64,000 bases of DNA from the NCBI GenBank assembly GCA_028687545.1, contig JAQTZZ010000012.1, forward strand, positions 24,315 through 88,314. The letters run 5' to 3'. The position numbers and the translations under genes were made by a program. The notes under the pieces were generated by a model. The model did no database searches, was not told the origin of the DNA, and saw nothing but the letters and a program-made list of their open reading frames with translations. The DNA is from Candidatus Wallbacteria bacterium. Lineage in GTDB: Bacteria; Muiribacteriota; JAQTZZ01. Positions 39,301-48,100 of this stretch are shown in pieces (the first letter of the stretch is position 1; each line of letters opens with the position of its first letter).

Positions 39301-41637
39301 TTGTACGCTACGACTGAAACAACCTCAAAGGTAATCACCGGCTTGAGCGCAAATACAAGCTATACTATGGAAGTAACGGCTGTGAATGTAACTGGAGAAA
39401 GCGAAAAGTCTACTGCTCTGATCGTGACCACTAATCCGGACTTACCCGCAGCTCCCAGTGGGCTTTCCTCGAGCAGCATGACAAGCAACAGCTTTACTCT
39501 TGCCTGGAATTCAGTGGACTGTGCTGCCTGTTACAATGTTTATAAAGGCGGCACTTTGTACGCCACGACTGAAACAACCTCAAAGAGCATCACCGGCTTG
39601 AGCGCAAGTACCAGCTATACCATGGAAGTGTCTGCAGTGAATGTGACCGGAGAAGGTGCAAAGTCCCCTGGATTAAGCTTGACCACTAATCCGGACTTAC
39701 CCGCGACTCCTGCCGGTCTTTCCATCTCTGACATGACAACCACGGGTTTCACACTCTCCTGGAATCCAGTTCCCTATGCCGCCGGTTACAAGATATACAT
39801 GGGCGGAACCTTGCATGGTACAACCGAAGCATGCCTTACGAACTTCACAGGACTTTCGGCAGGAACAGGCTATACCATGGAAGTATCTGCTGTGAATTCT
39901 GCTGGTGAAGGTGCAAAGTCTGCAGCGCTCTTCTGGATCACAAATAAAAATGTAGTTTTAAGCGGTGAAGTGAGCATGGAGTTCGTCTGGATTCCGTCCG
40001 GCAGCTTTACAATGGGCAGCCCTGTCTCTGATACGAATAGCTGGACTGACGAACGCCCCCAGCATACAGTGAATATCACACGCGGTTTCTGGCTGGGAAA
40101 ATATAAAGTAACCCAATCACAGTGGCAGGCATTGACCGGCAACAATCCCAGTTGTTACCAGGGTACAAACTACCCGAATTCCGGCAATCGGCCGGTGGAA
40201 CAAGTGTCCTGGACCGACTGCCAGGCTTTCATTGCAACTCTTAACAGCAAAGGAGTCGGAACTTTCCGACTGCCCACTGAGGCTGAATGGGAATACGCCT
40301 GCCGGGCTAAGATGACAACAATCTATTACTGGGGTGCAAATTTTAATGGGAATTACATGTGGTACTCCGAAAACTCCGGTAATCAGACCCACGATGTGGG
40401 CCTGAAACTGCCCAATGCCTGGGGTTTGTATGACATGATCGGAAATCTCTGGGAACTGTGCAATGACTGGTACGACGGTTGTTATTACACCAGTTCTGCT
40501 GCCACTGATCCACAGGGACCAGCAAGTGGAACTACCAGAGTGATGCGGGGAGGTTCGTGGGGTGCAGGAATTGCTGACTGCCGCTCTGCAGCTCGCTGCG
40601 ACAATACTGTTGACGGTAAAACCGTTGACATCGGATTCCGGCTTGCAGGAGACCTGTCAGGTATCCCTGCTCCCACCGGTCTTTTGTCCAGCGACAAGAC
40701 AACCACCAGTTTCACGCTCAACTGGAGTGCAGTGAGTGACGCTGCCAGTTATGTGATATGCAAAGACGGAAGTTTCTATGGCACTTCAGAAACTAACTCC
40801 AAGCTCATTTCCGGACTTACTGCTGGAACAAGTTATTCAATGGAGGTATCTGCCGTGGACGCAGCAGGTAAGGGCTTGAAATCAACGGCACTGAATATAA
40901 CCACGAATAAAATTCTGAATTTGACTGGCGAAGTAAGCATGGAATTTGTCTGGATCCCTGCCGGGAGCTTTGCGATGGGCAGTCCTACTTCTGAGACTGA
41001 CAGCTGCGGTGACGAACGCCCGCAGCACACTGTGAACATTAATCATGGTTACTGGCTGGGAAAATATGAAATCACTCAATCCCAGTGGCAGGCTGTCAGA
41101 GGAAGCAACCCCAGTTATTTTCAGGGAACAAGCTTCCCGAACTCGGGTAACCGGCCAGTAGAACAGGTATCCTGGACTGACTGCCAGACCCTCATTACAT
41201 TACTCAACAGCAAAGGTAGCGGGACCTTCAGATTACCTACTGAAGCGGAATGGGAATATGCCTGCAGGGCTGGTACTGCCAGTGCTTATTACTGGGGGGG
41301 AACTTTGAGCATGAATTACGGCTGGATTGACGATAACAGCAGCTCTCAAACTCATGATGTAGGTCTGAAACTTCCAAATGCCTGGGGTTTGTATGACATG
41401 ATCGGAAATATCCTGGAATGGTGCAATGACTGGTATGGTGATAATTATAAAGACATGCCTGAGATTGTGGATGACCCGCAGGGGGAAACCAGCGGGGGCT
41501 CCCATGTAATGCGTGGCAATTCCTGGTATGATCTCCTCAGTACCAGTCATAGCCGCTCTGCTTATCGATACTATAACTCTGATAATACACATAAAAGTTA
41601 CGGAGCGAGGCTGGTTTACGTTGAAGCTCCCAATTAA
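36331..41637 (+). CDS. giant (1769-aa) secreted multidomain protein with CarbopepD_reg-like, Big_2, four Fn3 and three FGE-sulfatase domains
   Basis: Signal peptide MCFISRISIVLLMIMLTSVMA. Three copies of the FGE hallmarks (FVWIPxGSFxMGSP, RLPTEAEWEYACRA, WEWCNDWY, RGGSW) lie at about 38470..39170, 39950..40650 and 40915..41637. Fn3 repeats separate them. Confidence 0.85.
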   Translation: MCFISRISIVLLMIMLTSVMAGVSVSGSAGGLAGARVKLWKTSSIIKEATADSNGNFTLTGISSGIYMLMAYKGGYYPGSLQLIVNDQDQNGIMIPVSPIPQTRLSNLGMNIYGTAEVDHDGDGTLEAVIPGDVVTAKDPQGILCGQFTVNQAGRYGTMPIVGDDPETATDEGCNNADNVALFVNGAHVSGTLPFSNMEILEKNISAAAGMTRSIPLKTGWNLVSLGLIPDTDSIETLFSGIDRMRYVMGFFRNPADNGSEGFRTFMNLPGLKAYSTLTDLDAYHGYWVYMTGDDTLELSGIRVADNSSRTMSQGWNLVGYWLDSTNALPTYQGQANTTIDSIFGSTAVSGEVKYVMGFYRFPPDGGTEGFRTFMNTSALNFSTLKELTPKLGYWMYMLNEGLLQYGLTASALAAPSWINASDAAYTTEVRVTWNIVTGAACYQVFRADSSTGTYLALSPQLTETRYDDPTVGAGILYFYKVKAINNSGETSLLSDCDSGYAALTTANNPPWIASVEVTGTSGGITISYSLSDPDNDTCSVRVFYSIDDGYSYTGSVHVDGTLEGILPGSGKTVTWNSNQDIADTQNRVRVKIIPNDGKNEGSAGESGMFTVNNGKELTSIVLTPSMIYLDPGHSYDLTGLKVIAAYSDGSSREVTGETWIKSSGRGTIENNIYTSPSDTGNVMLTASYMEGAVSKTSELSVTVGIKPSSGAVKTVTLTGEVTMDFVWIPAGSFNMGSPVSETLRHSDEGPQHTVNITGFWMSRYEVTQAQWQGIMGSNPSNFSGPSRPVDGLSWNDCQGFITALNSKEIGSFRLPTEAEWEYACRAGTTTAYYWGGSMDIDYCWYYYETSGYQTHDVGLKLPNAWGLYDMSGNVWEWCNDWYSSSYYSTSPADDPPGPASGQFGYRVVRGGSWSCSDFIERSANRDYVSFDYQGHDFGMRLCLNYDGTGAALPSSPTGLTASGKTNSSFTLAWNSVGCAAGYNVFKGGTLYATTETTSKVITGLSANTSYTMEVTAVNVTGESEKSTALIVTTNPDLPAAPSGLSSSSMTSNSFTLAWNSVDCAACYNVYKGGTLYATTETTSKSITGLSASTSYTMEVSAVNVTGEGAKSPGLSLTTNPDLPATPAGLSISDMTTTGFTLSWNPVPYAAGYKIYMGGTLHGTTEACLTNFTGLSAGTGYTMEVSAVNSAGEGAKSAALFWITNKNVVLSGEVSMEFVWIPSGSFTMGSPVSDTNSWTDERPQHTVNITRGFWLGKYKVTQSQWQALTGNNPSCYQGTNYPNSGNRPVEQVSWTDCQAFIATLNSKGVGTFRLPTEAEWEYACRAKMTTIYYWGANFNGNYMWYSENSGNQTHDVGLKLPNAWGLYDMIGNLWELCNDWYDGCYYTSSAATDPQGPASGTTRVMRGGSWGAGIADCRSAARCDNTVDGKTVDIGFRLAGDLSGIPAPTGLLSSDKTTTSFTLNWSAVSDAASYVICKDGSFYGTSETNSKLISGLTAGTSYSMEVSAVDAAGKGLKSTALNITTNKILNLTGEVSMEFVWIPAGSFAMGSPTSETDSCGDERPQHTVNINHGYWLGKYEITQSQWQAVRGSNPSYFQGTSFPNSGNRPVEQVSWTDCQTLITLLNSKGSGTFRLPTEAEWEYACRAGTASAYYWGGTLSMNYGWIDDNSSSQTHDVGLKLPNAWGLYDMIGNILEWCNDWYGDNYKDMPEIVDDPQGETSGGSHVMRGNSWYDLLSTSHSRSAYRYYNSDNTHKSYGARLVYVEAPN
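39190..39950 (+). repeat. three tandem 255-nt (85-aa Fn3) repeats inside the giant ORF; copies 1 and 2 are nearly identical at nucleotide level
   Basis: AGCTTTACTCTTGCCTGGAATTCAGTGG..CTGTGC.GCC.GTTACAATGTTT.TAAAGGCGGCACTTTGTACGC.ACGACTGAAACAACCTCAAAG starts at 39235 and again at 39490. A third, diverged copy starts at about 39745. Confidence 0.8.
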
Positions 41638-41656
41638 GTTCTCTTCTGTTATTTAT

Positions 41657-42724
41657 TCAGTGCTCATGCCTGTGATGGTCATCAGGCGTATGAGGATGAG
41701 AATGTTCGTTTTCTGAGTGCTGATGCTGATGCGAATGTTCCAGGTCACCGGTTTCGACCCCTTCATGCTGGTGGTCGTGATGCCCGTCGTCATGCCTGTG
41801 TCTGTGATCGTGCGACATCCACTTGTGATGATGGCTGTGCCCGTGTGATTCCAAAAGCAGCATGTATGTTCCTGCCAGCATGACAGGAAGGGACACCCAG
41901 AACAGCAGATTGAGAGGGTCATTGAACAGGGCGAATGAAATCAGGGCTCCGGCGAAAGGGGCGATTCCGAAAACAGCAGATGTGCGGGCAGCTCCAAGAT
42001 TCCGCAGCGCCAGAATGAAGAGAATGATTGAAAATCCATAGGACAGAAATCCCAGCGTCAGGGAACAGGCAATCATCCCTATCTGAGGCATTTTGAATCC
42101 GGCAGCAGCCAGATAAATCACCATAGAGGTGCTGCCTGCTGCTAAACCCTTCCAGATTACAGTCAGAAGGGGATCTTTGGCGGAAATGTTCCGGGTGAAG
42201 TTGTTGTCCAGACCCCATAAGCTGCAGGCGATGATGATCCCAAGCGCACCAGGCGAAAAACCCCATTCCCCGGAAAAATTCAGAGTTAAAAGAATTCCTG
42301 ACAGAGTGATCAGAAAAAGTCCTGCCCAGATTCGGCTGCCGACAGCTTCATGGAAAATCAGAAATGCCAGGATTGAAGTTGCCACGCATTCAAAATTGAG
42401 CAGAAGTGAAGCGGTCGCAGCTGGAGTGGATTTCAGACTGTACATCAGGATAATGGGAGCAGCGACTCCACCGGCCAGAATTGAACCAAGCAGCCAGGGC
42501 AGATCTTTCGCAGATAATCCGGCTTCGATTTCCTGTTTGGGAATCGCTATTCCACGTATCAGTTTAAAGATCAGCACCCCGATTCCACAACCAAGATACA
42601 GAAGCGCTGCCAGCAATATTGTATCTACTTCTCCCAGAAGCAGTTTTGAAAGAGGTGCCGATGCCCCGAACAGGGCAGCTGCCAGCAGTGCCTGGAGATA
42701 AGGTATCAGAATTTTATTCTTCAA
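41657..42724 (-). CDS. EamA/DMT-superfamily transporter with a roughly 60-aa C-terminal His-rich tail
   Basis: Ten TM helices in the two-EamA-repeat layout, ending in SHGHSHHHKWMSHDHRHRHDDGHHDHQHEGVETGDLEHSHQHQHSENEHSHPHTPDDHHRHEH. Confidence 0.75.
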   Translation of the reverse strand: MKNKILIPYLQALLAAALFGASAPLSKLLLGEVDTILLAALLYLGCGIGVLIFKLIRGIAIPKQEIEAGLSAKDLPWLLGSILAGGVAAPIILMYSLKSTPAATASLLLNFECVATSILAFLIFHEAVGSRIWAGLFLITLSGILLTLNFSGEWGFSPGALGIIIACSLWGLDNNFTRNISAKDPLLTVIWKGLAAGSTSMVIYLAAAGFKMPQIGMIACSLTLGFLSYGFSIILFILALRNLGAARTSAVFGIAPFAGALISFALFNDPLNLLFWVSLPVMLAGTYMLLLESHGHSHHHKWMSHDHRHRHDDGHHDHQHEGVETGDLEHSHQHQHSENEHSHPHTPDDHHRHEH

Positions 42725-42879
42725 GGGTTATTGTATTCCTGTAAAGTCTTACTGCAGCATTTCTCACATATCAACCTACCAACATACTAACATACTAACT
42801 TCCGGCATAACATTCTTGAAATAGTTATCGTCAATATACTCAGCCGATGCCGCATTCCGCCGCAAAAATAAAGCTTGAA

Positions 42880-42908
42880 TTACACGCATTTTCGGATATT
42901 ATTATAAT
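42880..42908 (+). promoter_or_regulatory. sigma70-type promoter (TTACAC, 17 nt spacer, TATAAT) for the C25 peptidase gene
   Basis: Read directly from the sequence. A GAGGAGGAG RBS precedes the ATG at 42941. Confidence 0.5.
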
Positions 42909-42940
42909 GTAAGTATCAAAAATATCATGAGGAGGAGAGT

Positions 42941-44914
42941 ATGAAACTGTTGGGGATTTTGCTACTGGTTGCTTTCATTACAACCAGCGCATTCGCCACT
43001 GAATGGATTGCCCTGGATAAAGGGGTAAAAAGTAATTCAGCTTCTAAATCAGTAATCAAGGACACTGAGACAGAAATCATCATCACAGTCAATGTGCCGG
43101 GTTACGCTGCAACTGACCGCAGCATCGACGGCCAGGACTGCATTTCCTTATCTCTTGAGGGCACTTCACCCACGATGACCAAAGGCGACCCGGAATTGAG
43201 AAAAGTCACAGCTTTCGTGGCGCTTCCCGCCTGTTCCTCAGCTACAGCCAGGGTGGTTGACTCCAGTTTTGTAATCAAAGACTCTAATACAATAGTACCC
43301 TCCAGGGGTACGATCATGAGAAATCAGGATCCCAGCAGCGTACCTTACGAGTTTGGTCCTTCCTATAAAGTCAGAGGCTGGTACCCACTCGACAGCGAAC
43401 TCGTAACTGTTTCCGCGCCTTTCATTTTCAGGGATCAGTATGGTGTAAGACTGGAAGTAACTCCATTCCAATATGACAATCAGAAGAAAAAGCTGAAGGT
43501 CTATTCCAATTTTAAGATCGCCATCACTCCAATTGGCATTTCCAAAGGTTTCTTCCGCTCCCAGTCGACATCCGGCGATTTTGAAGGCCTCTATTCCAAG
43601 GTATTCATGAATTACACGGCACCTGTAAGAGTTGCCAAAGGTGCATCAGTCCCAGCGGTGAAGAAGAATCTTCTGATCATTGCCGGCGACACCATGCTCG
43701 ACTCAGTCAAAGCCCTGAAGGACTGGAAAGTCAAATGCGGCTATACAGTCGATGTCGTAAAAGCTTCTGATGCCGGGAAAACCGGTGATGAACTCAAGAC
43801 TTTCCTTCAGAAACAATACGACGCTGGAAAGCTCTGCTTCGTGATCCTGGTCGGCGATGCCGAGCAGATCCCCACCCTTAAGGGTAAACAGGAAAGTGCC
43901 GATTCAGATGCATGCCTGGTCAAACTTGCCGGCAACGACAATGTGCAGGATGCCTTCATCTCCAGAATTTCAGTTGAAAACAAAGATCAGGCAGACTATG
44001 TCATTGCCAAGTCTATAGCCTATGAGCAGAATCCGATGCAGGGAGCAGACGGGGCATGGTACAAGCAGGCTCTCGGTATCGCTTCCTCCCAGGCCGGCGG
44101 CGACGACAACATGATCGACTATGACAGGATTAAGTCTTATAACAAGGAACTGCAGGGCAAACTTGGATTCACCACTATTTTCGAATGCTACGACGGCAGC
44201 GGAGCCAGCACACAGAAAATCTTCGACGCCTGCAAGAGCGGCGTTAGCATCATCAACTACTGCGGCCACGGCGGTGACACTGAGTGGGTCACCACAGGCT
44301 TTTCCAATGACGACTGCGCCAATCTCCAGAACGGTATGAAACTGCCTGTGATCTGGGATGTCGCCTGCGTGAATGGAGCTTTTGTAGGCCAGACCTGCTT
44401 CGCCGAAGCCTGGCTGCGCACAGGCACCAAAGCCAAGCCGGCAGGCACGATCGGCATGGCTGCGGCCACCACCAACATGGCCTGGTATCCACCCTGCATC
44501 TGGCAGAAGGAAATCGTCAATGAACAGATCTGCGGTAAGAAGAACCAGATCGCCCAGGTGATCAACCTGTTCGGAATTCTCAAGACCATGGAGCAGTTCG
44601 GAGTCGAGGATTCCAGCAAAGGCAACCAGGTCAATGAGCAGGTGGTTTACTTCGGCGATGGTACAGTTGCTCTGAGATTTGCCCCTGCCAGAGAAATCCA
44701 GGTGCAGAAATCAAGTGACGCAAACAACGCTCAGATCCAGATCCTGGGCGGCGGAACCGAAGACATTACAGTAACCCTGTATGACGACAAGGGCGAGAAC
44801 ATCGTCACAGTGAAACCGGACGAAACAGGAGTGGTCAGAACCTCCCTGCGCGGTCAGACCATGTTCACAGTGTATGGCCCTGGCATTGTCCCGCTGATCG
44901 ACGAACAGCTGTAA
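42941..44914 (+). CDS. secreted gingipain-like cysteine peptidase (family C25)
   Basis: Signal peptide. LLIIAGD and VILVGDAEQIP blocks are present. The catalytic His and Cys sit in C25 contexts: INYCGHGGDTEW and VIWDVACVNGAF. Confidence 0.75.
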   Translation: MKLLGILLLVAFITTSAFATEWIALDKGVKSNSASKSVIKDTETEIIITVNVPGYAATDRSIDGQDCISLSLEGTSPTMTKGDPELRKVTAFVALPACSSATARVVDSSFVIKDSNTIVPSRGTIMRNQDPSSVPYEFGPSYKVRGWYPLDSELVTVSAPFIFRDQYGVRLEVTPFQYDNQKKKLKVYSNFKIAITPIGISKGFFRSQSTSGDFEGLYSKVFMNYTAPVRVAKGASVPAVKKNLLIIAGDTMLDSVKALKDWKVKCGYTVDVVKASDAGKTGDELKTFLQKQYDAGKLCFVILVGDAEQIPTLKGKQESADSDACLVKLAGNDNVQDAFISRISVENKDQADYVIAKSIAYEQNPMQGADGAWYKQALGIASSQAGGDDNMIDYDRIKSYNKELQGKLGFTTIFECYDGSGASTQKIFDACKSGVSIINYCGHGGDTEWVTTGFSNDDCANLQNGMKLPVIWDVACVNGAFVGQTCFAEAWLRTGTKAKPAGTIGMAAATTNMAWYPPCIWQKEIVNEQICGKKNQIAQVINLFGILKTMEQFGVEDSSKGNQVNEQVVYFGDGTVALRFAPAREIQVQKSSDANNAQIQILGGGTEDITVTLYDDKGENIVTVKPDETGVVRTSLRGQTMFTVYGPGIVPLIDEQL

Positions 44915-44957
44915 TTATCAGAGACATGCTTAGGCATGTCGTCAGCTAAATTAAAAA

Positions 44958-44991
44958 AGGGGCTGTCCCAAAAGGACAGTCCCTTTTATTT
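44958..44991 (+). terminator. rho-independent terminator after the C25 peptidase gene
   Basis: GGGGCTGTCC-caaaa-GGACAGTCCC hairpin, then TTTTATTT, with A6 upstream. Confidence 0.6.
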
Positions 44992-45151
44992 AACCAGCAA
45001 AAATCATCCGGATGGTTATATTTATATCAATGCCAACAGATTCTACTGGATGTGGTTCGACGTGTTCTATTTCGGCAAGACGACCTGGCTGACCATGATC
45101 GCTGCCAGGCAGACAATAAAGAAACAGCCTTGAATCAAAGATACCCATCTG

Positions 45152-48100
45152 CTATGGAGTGAAGACCAGCCTCAATCCCAGTCCGCTGTATCGGTCACTA
45201 GGTATGGTATTGCTGCGACCCGCGGACCGGCAGAAAAATACACCGAGGCTCCAGCAGCCACCACGAACCACGCGGAGCGAGCCGGTTACTGGTCCAGTCG
45301 GGTCATTTGCGGGTGATAAACTGTAAAAATCATCTGCATACCAATCCTGACACCACTCCATGACATTTCCGCTCATGTCATACAACTCCCAGGTATTGGG
45401 CAGAATCCCACCCACAACGTTCGTTTGAGCTCCACTATTACTGTCATACCAGCAGTATGAGCCATCAATGATTTCCCCCCAGTAGTAAGCAGAAGTGTTG
45501 CCGGCCCGGCAAGCGTATTCCCATTCCGCTTCAGTGGGTAATCTGAAGGTTCCTATTCCCATGCTGTTGAGAGATGCAATGTATATCTGACAATCATTCC
45601 AGGAAACCTGTTCCACCGGGCGGTTACCGGAATTGGGATAACTCGCGCCTTGAAAATAACTGGGATTGCTGCTGGAGACAGCCAGCCACTGGGCTTGGGT
45701 AACTTCATATTTTCCAAGCCAAAACCCCTGTGTGATGCTTACTGAGTGCTGAGGATTCTCGTCGTAATATCTATACTGCTCTGAATCGGGACTGCTCATT
45801 GTAAAACTGCCTGCTGGAATCCATTTGAATTCCATGGTCACACTACCGGGCAGAGTTAAAGTCATGCTGTCACCTGCGTTATGAACGCCAATTCCTGTTA
45901 TCGTAAGATTTATCTCAGCGGTTTTTGTCACCCCGTTTTCCGTGAAGCTGCAGCCGAGCACTGCGTTTCCTGCGCTGACTGGGGCTGTGTAGGTCAACCC
46001 GCTCAGGCTTCCGCTGCCGCTCTTTATGGACCAGGATGCATTGTTTGTTTTGATGCAGCTGCCGTCACTGTAATAAGCGTTGACAGCCAGATTGCTGAGG
46101 TCATAACTCTGGGAAGCACCCACTGTGATACTGCCAGGGTTAGTGCAGATATACACCGGACCTGAGATTGTCCTTTTTACAGCGATCCCGAGCCAGTCGC
46201 CAGTGCCGGAATGTGTGTAACTGGTGCTGCTGCCTGTCATGACAATCATCTTTTTATCAGAGGACATGACTCCATGAATCGATGGAATTCCTGGTGCTGT
46301 TATGATGCCTTGTGGCGAGATGACAAGGCTGCTTGAGATCTGGCCTGAGTAATTATAATCGTCACTGCCGAGGAGCGAGAGATTGATAAGATTCCCGTAG
46401 CCGTCGATCAGCGCTTGCCCATAATACCATGCAGACCAGCCTGTCGTGAGAACAGCATGGAGCTGCCATGCACCGGCTAAATCTTCTTTGTCGAAACTTC
46501 CCCCGCCTTTCAAGATGGCGCAGAATCCTCTGCTGCTGTCCGAATTGTCAAAAGTGCCTGTCAGCAAAGATTTATCGCCTGACATGACTCCATGAAAAGA
46601 CGGCATATCGCTGCTTGTGACTATTCCGCTCGCGGAAATCCCCATGTTGTAAATACCAACTGGTGTGGTCATTCTACCGGTCGAATCGACTTCATCTGTT
46701 GCATAATAGCAGCCTGTTTCCTGTTGCGGAGTTCCTGTGATAATACCTTGCTCATACCATGTCCCCTGAAGATCTGATAATGAGAATGAAGCTTCTTTCA
46801 GAAATGATATCCACATGCCGTAGCAGTCATCACCGCCACCCTGGGTCTGCACTACAGTCTTCCCGTCCCCTGAGAGAACTCCGTGAACATCGGAATCAGG
46901 ATCTGGAGTAGTGATGTCCCCTGAGCTGTCTAGATTACATATGCCTAACTCTTGATTTGTATAAACGTTCCCATTACTGTCTCGGCCGTCGGTTACTGTG
47001 GCAATACCGCTGCTGGCGAATGACATTGAGCCATAAACCCACATACACTGGTCGGATGCAACTCCAGAGTATATACCAGAGAGATTCCAGTTCCCCTGCA
47101 GGGAACTATTTGAGACCGCCTGAGCAGTGGTTACAGCTAGTGTAGTTGTTTTAGGGCTTGTGCCTCCGCTGTTGACTGCTTCCACTTGAATCGTATACTG
47201 AGTGTGCGGGACGAGTCCGCTGATAAAGGCCAAAAGTCCTGTAATTCCAGTGTGGATAAGAGTCCCGTTTTTATAAATATTGTAAGTGCTTGCATTCTCT
47301 TCAGTATCCCAGCTTACTATGAATCCGCTGCTGGAAATGTTGCGCGATTTCAGATTGACAGGAGCCTGTGGCGCTCCTTCCTCAATCGTCACCGCTACTT
47401 CTGCTGTTCTTGTCACAATGTTCTTGGTGAAGCTGCAGACAAGAGTGGCAGATCCGGAACTGGATGGCGCGGTATAGGTGCTGCCGTTCACACTCCCTTC
47501 TCCGCTTTTCACTGACCAGGATGGATTGTAAGCACCTGCTTCGATGCTTCCGGTGTAGTATGCGGTTACAACGATTGCGGCCAGATTGTAGTTTGCTCCG
47601 ATAGGCACGCTGATAGATGAAGGAAAAACTGTGATGTGATCCAGCACCTTGTCACACCAGTACGCATCCTGTCCGTACTTCAGTATGCCCTGGCCCTGCA
47701 TATAGACCCAGTAGCCATGATTGGGAACGAGCGAGGATAATGTGCTGAAACTGATCGCTGAATTGTTCATGAATGTCCTGAATCCCTCGTTCCCTCCATC
47801 TCCAGGATTACGATAAAATCCCATGATGTATTTCACGATTCCGCTGACTGCGTTCTGATTGAAGACAGAGTCGATCATTGTGCTGGCTTGTGTTTCACTG
47901 GTAGGCAGGCTTATCTGATCATTCAGCCAGTAGCTCACCAGATTCCAGCCAGTGCTGACTGTTGCTTCCTTAGTTGAGGAAATTTCAGTTCCTGAAACTT
48001 CCAGAGTGGCGACATTGTTCATATACACCCAATAGCCGTGATATCCGTCCATGGTCAAGAGAGTGGAGAAGTCCCGTACATTATCGATATTCATATAGGT

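Noticed and set aside
39190-39950. Possible CRISPR-like array suggested by regular 255-nt repeats
   Set aside because: The repeats are in-frame coding Fn3 domains inside a large ORF. No short repeat-spacer structure or cas genes are present.
44936-45133. 65-aa plus-strand ORF after the C25 peptidase
   Set aside because: It spans the rho-independent terminator hairpin and T-tract and has no RBS, so it is not coding.
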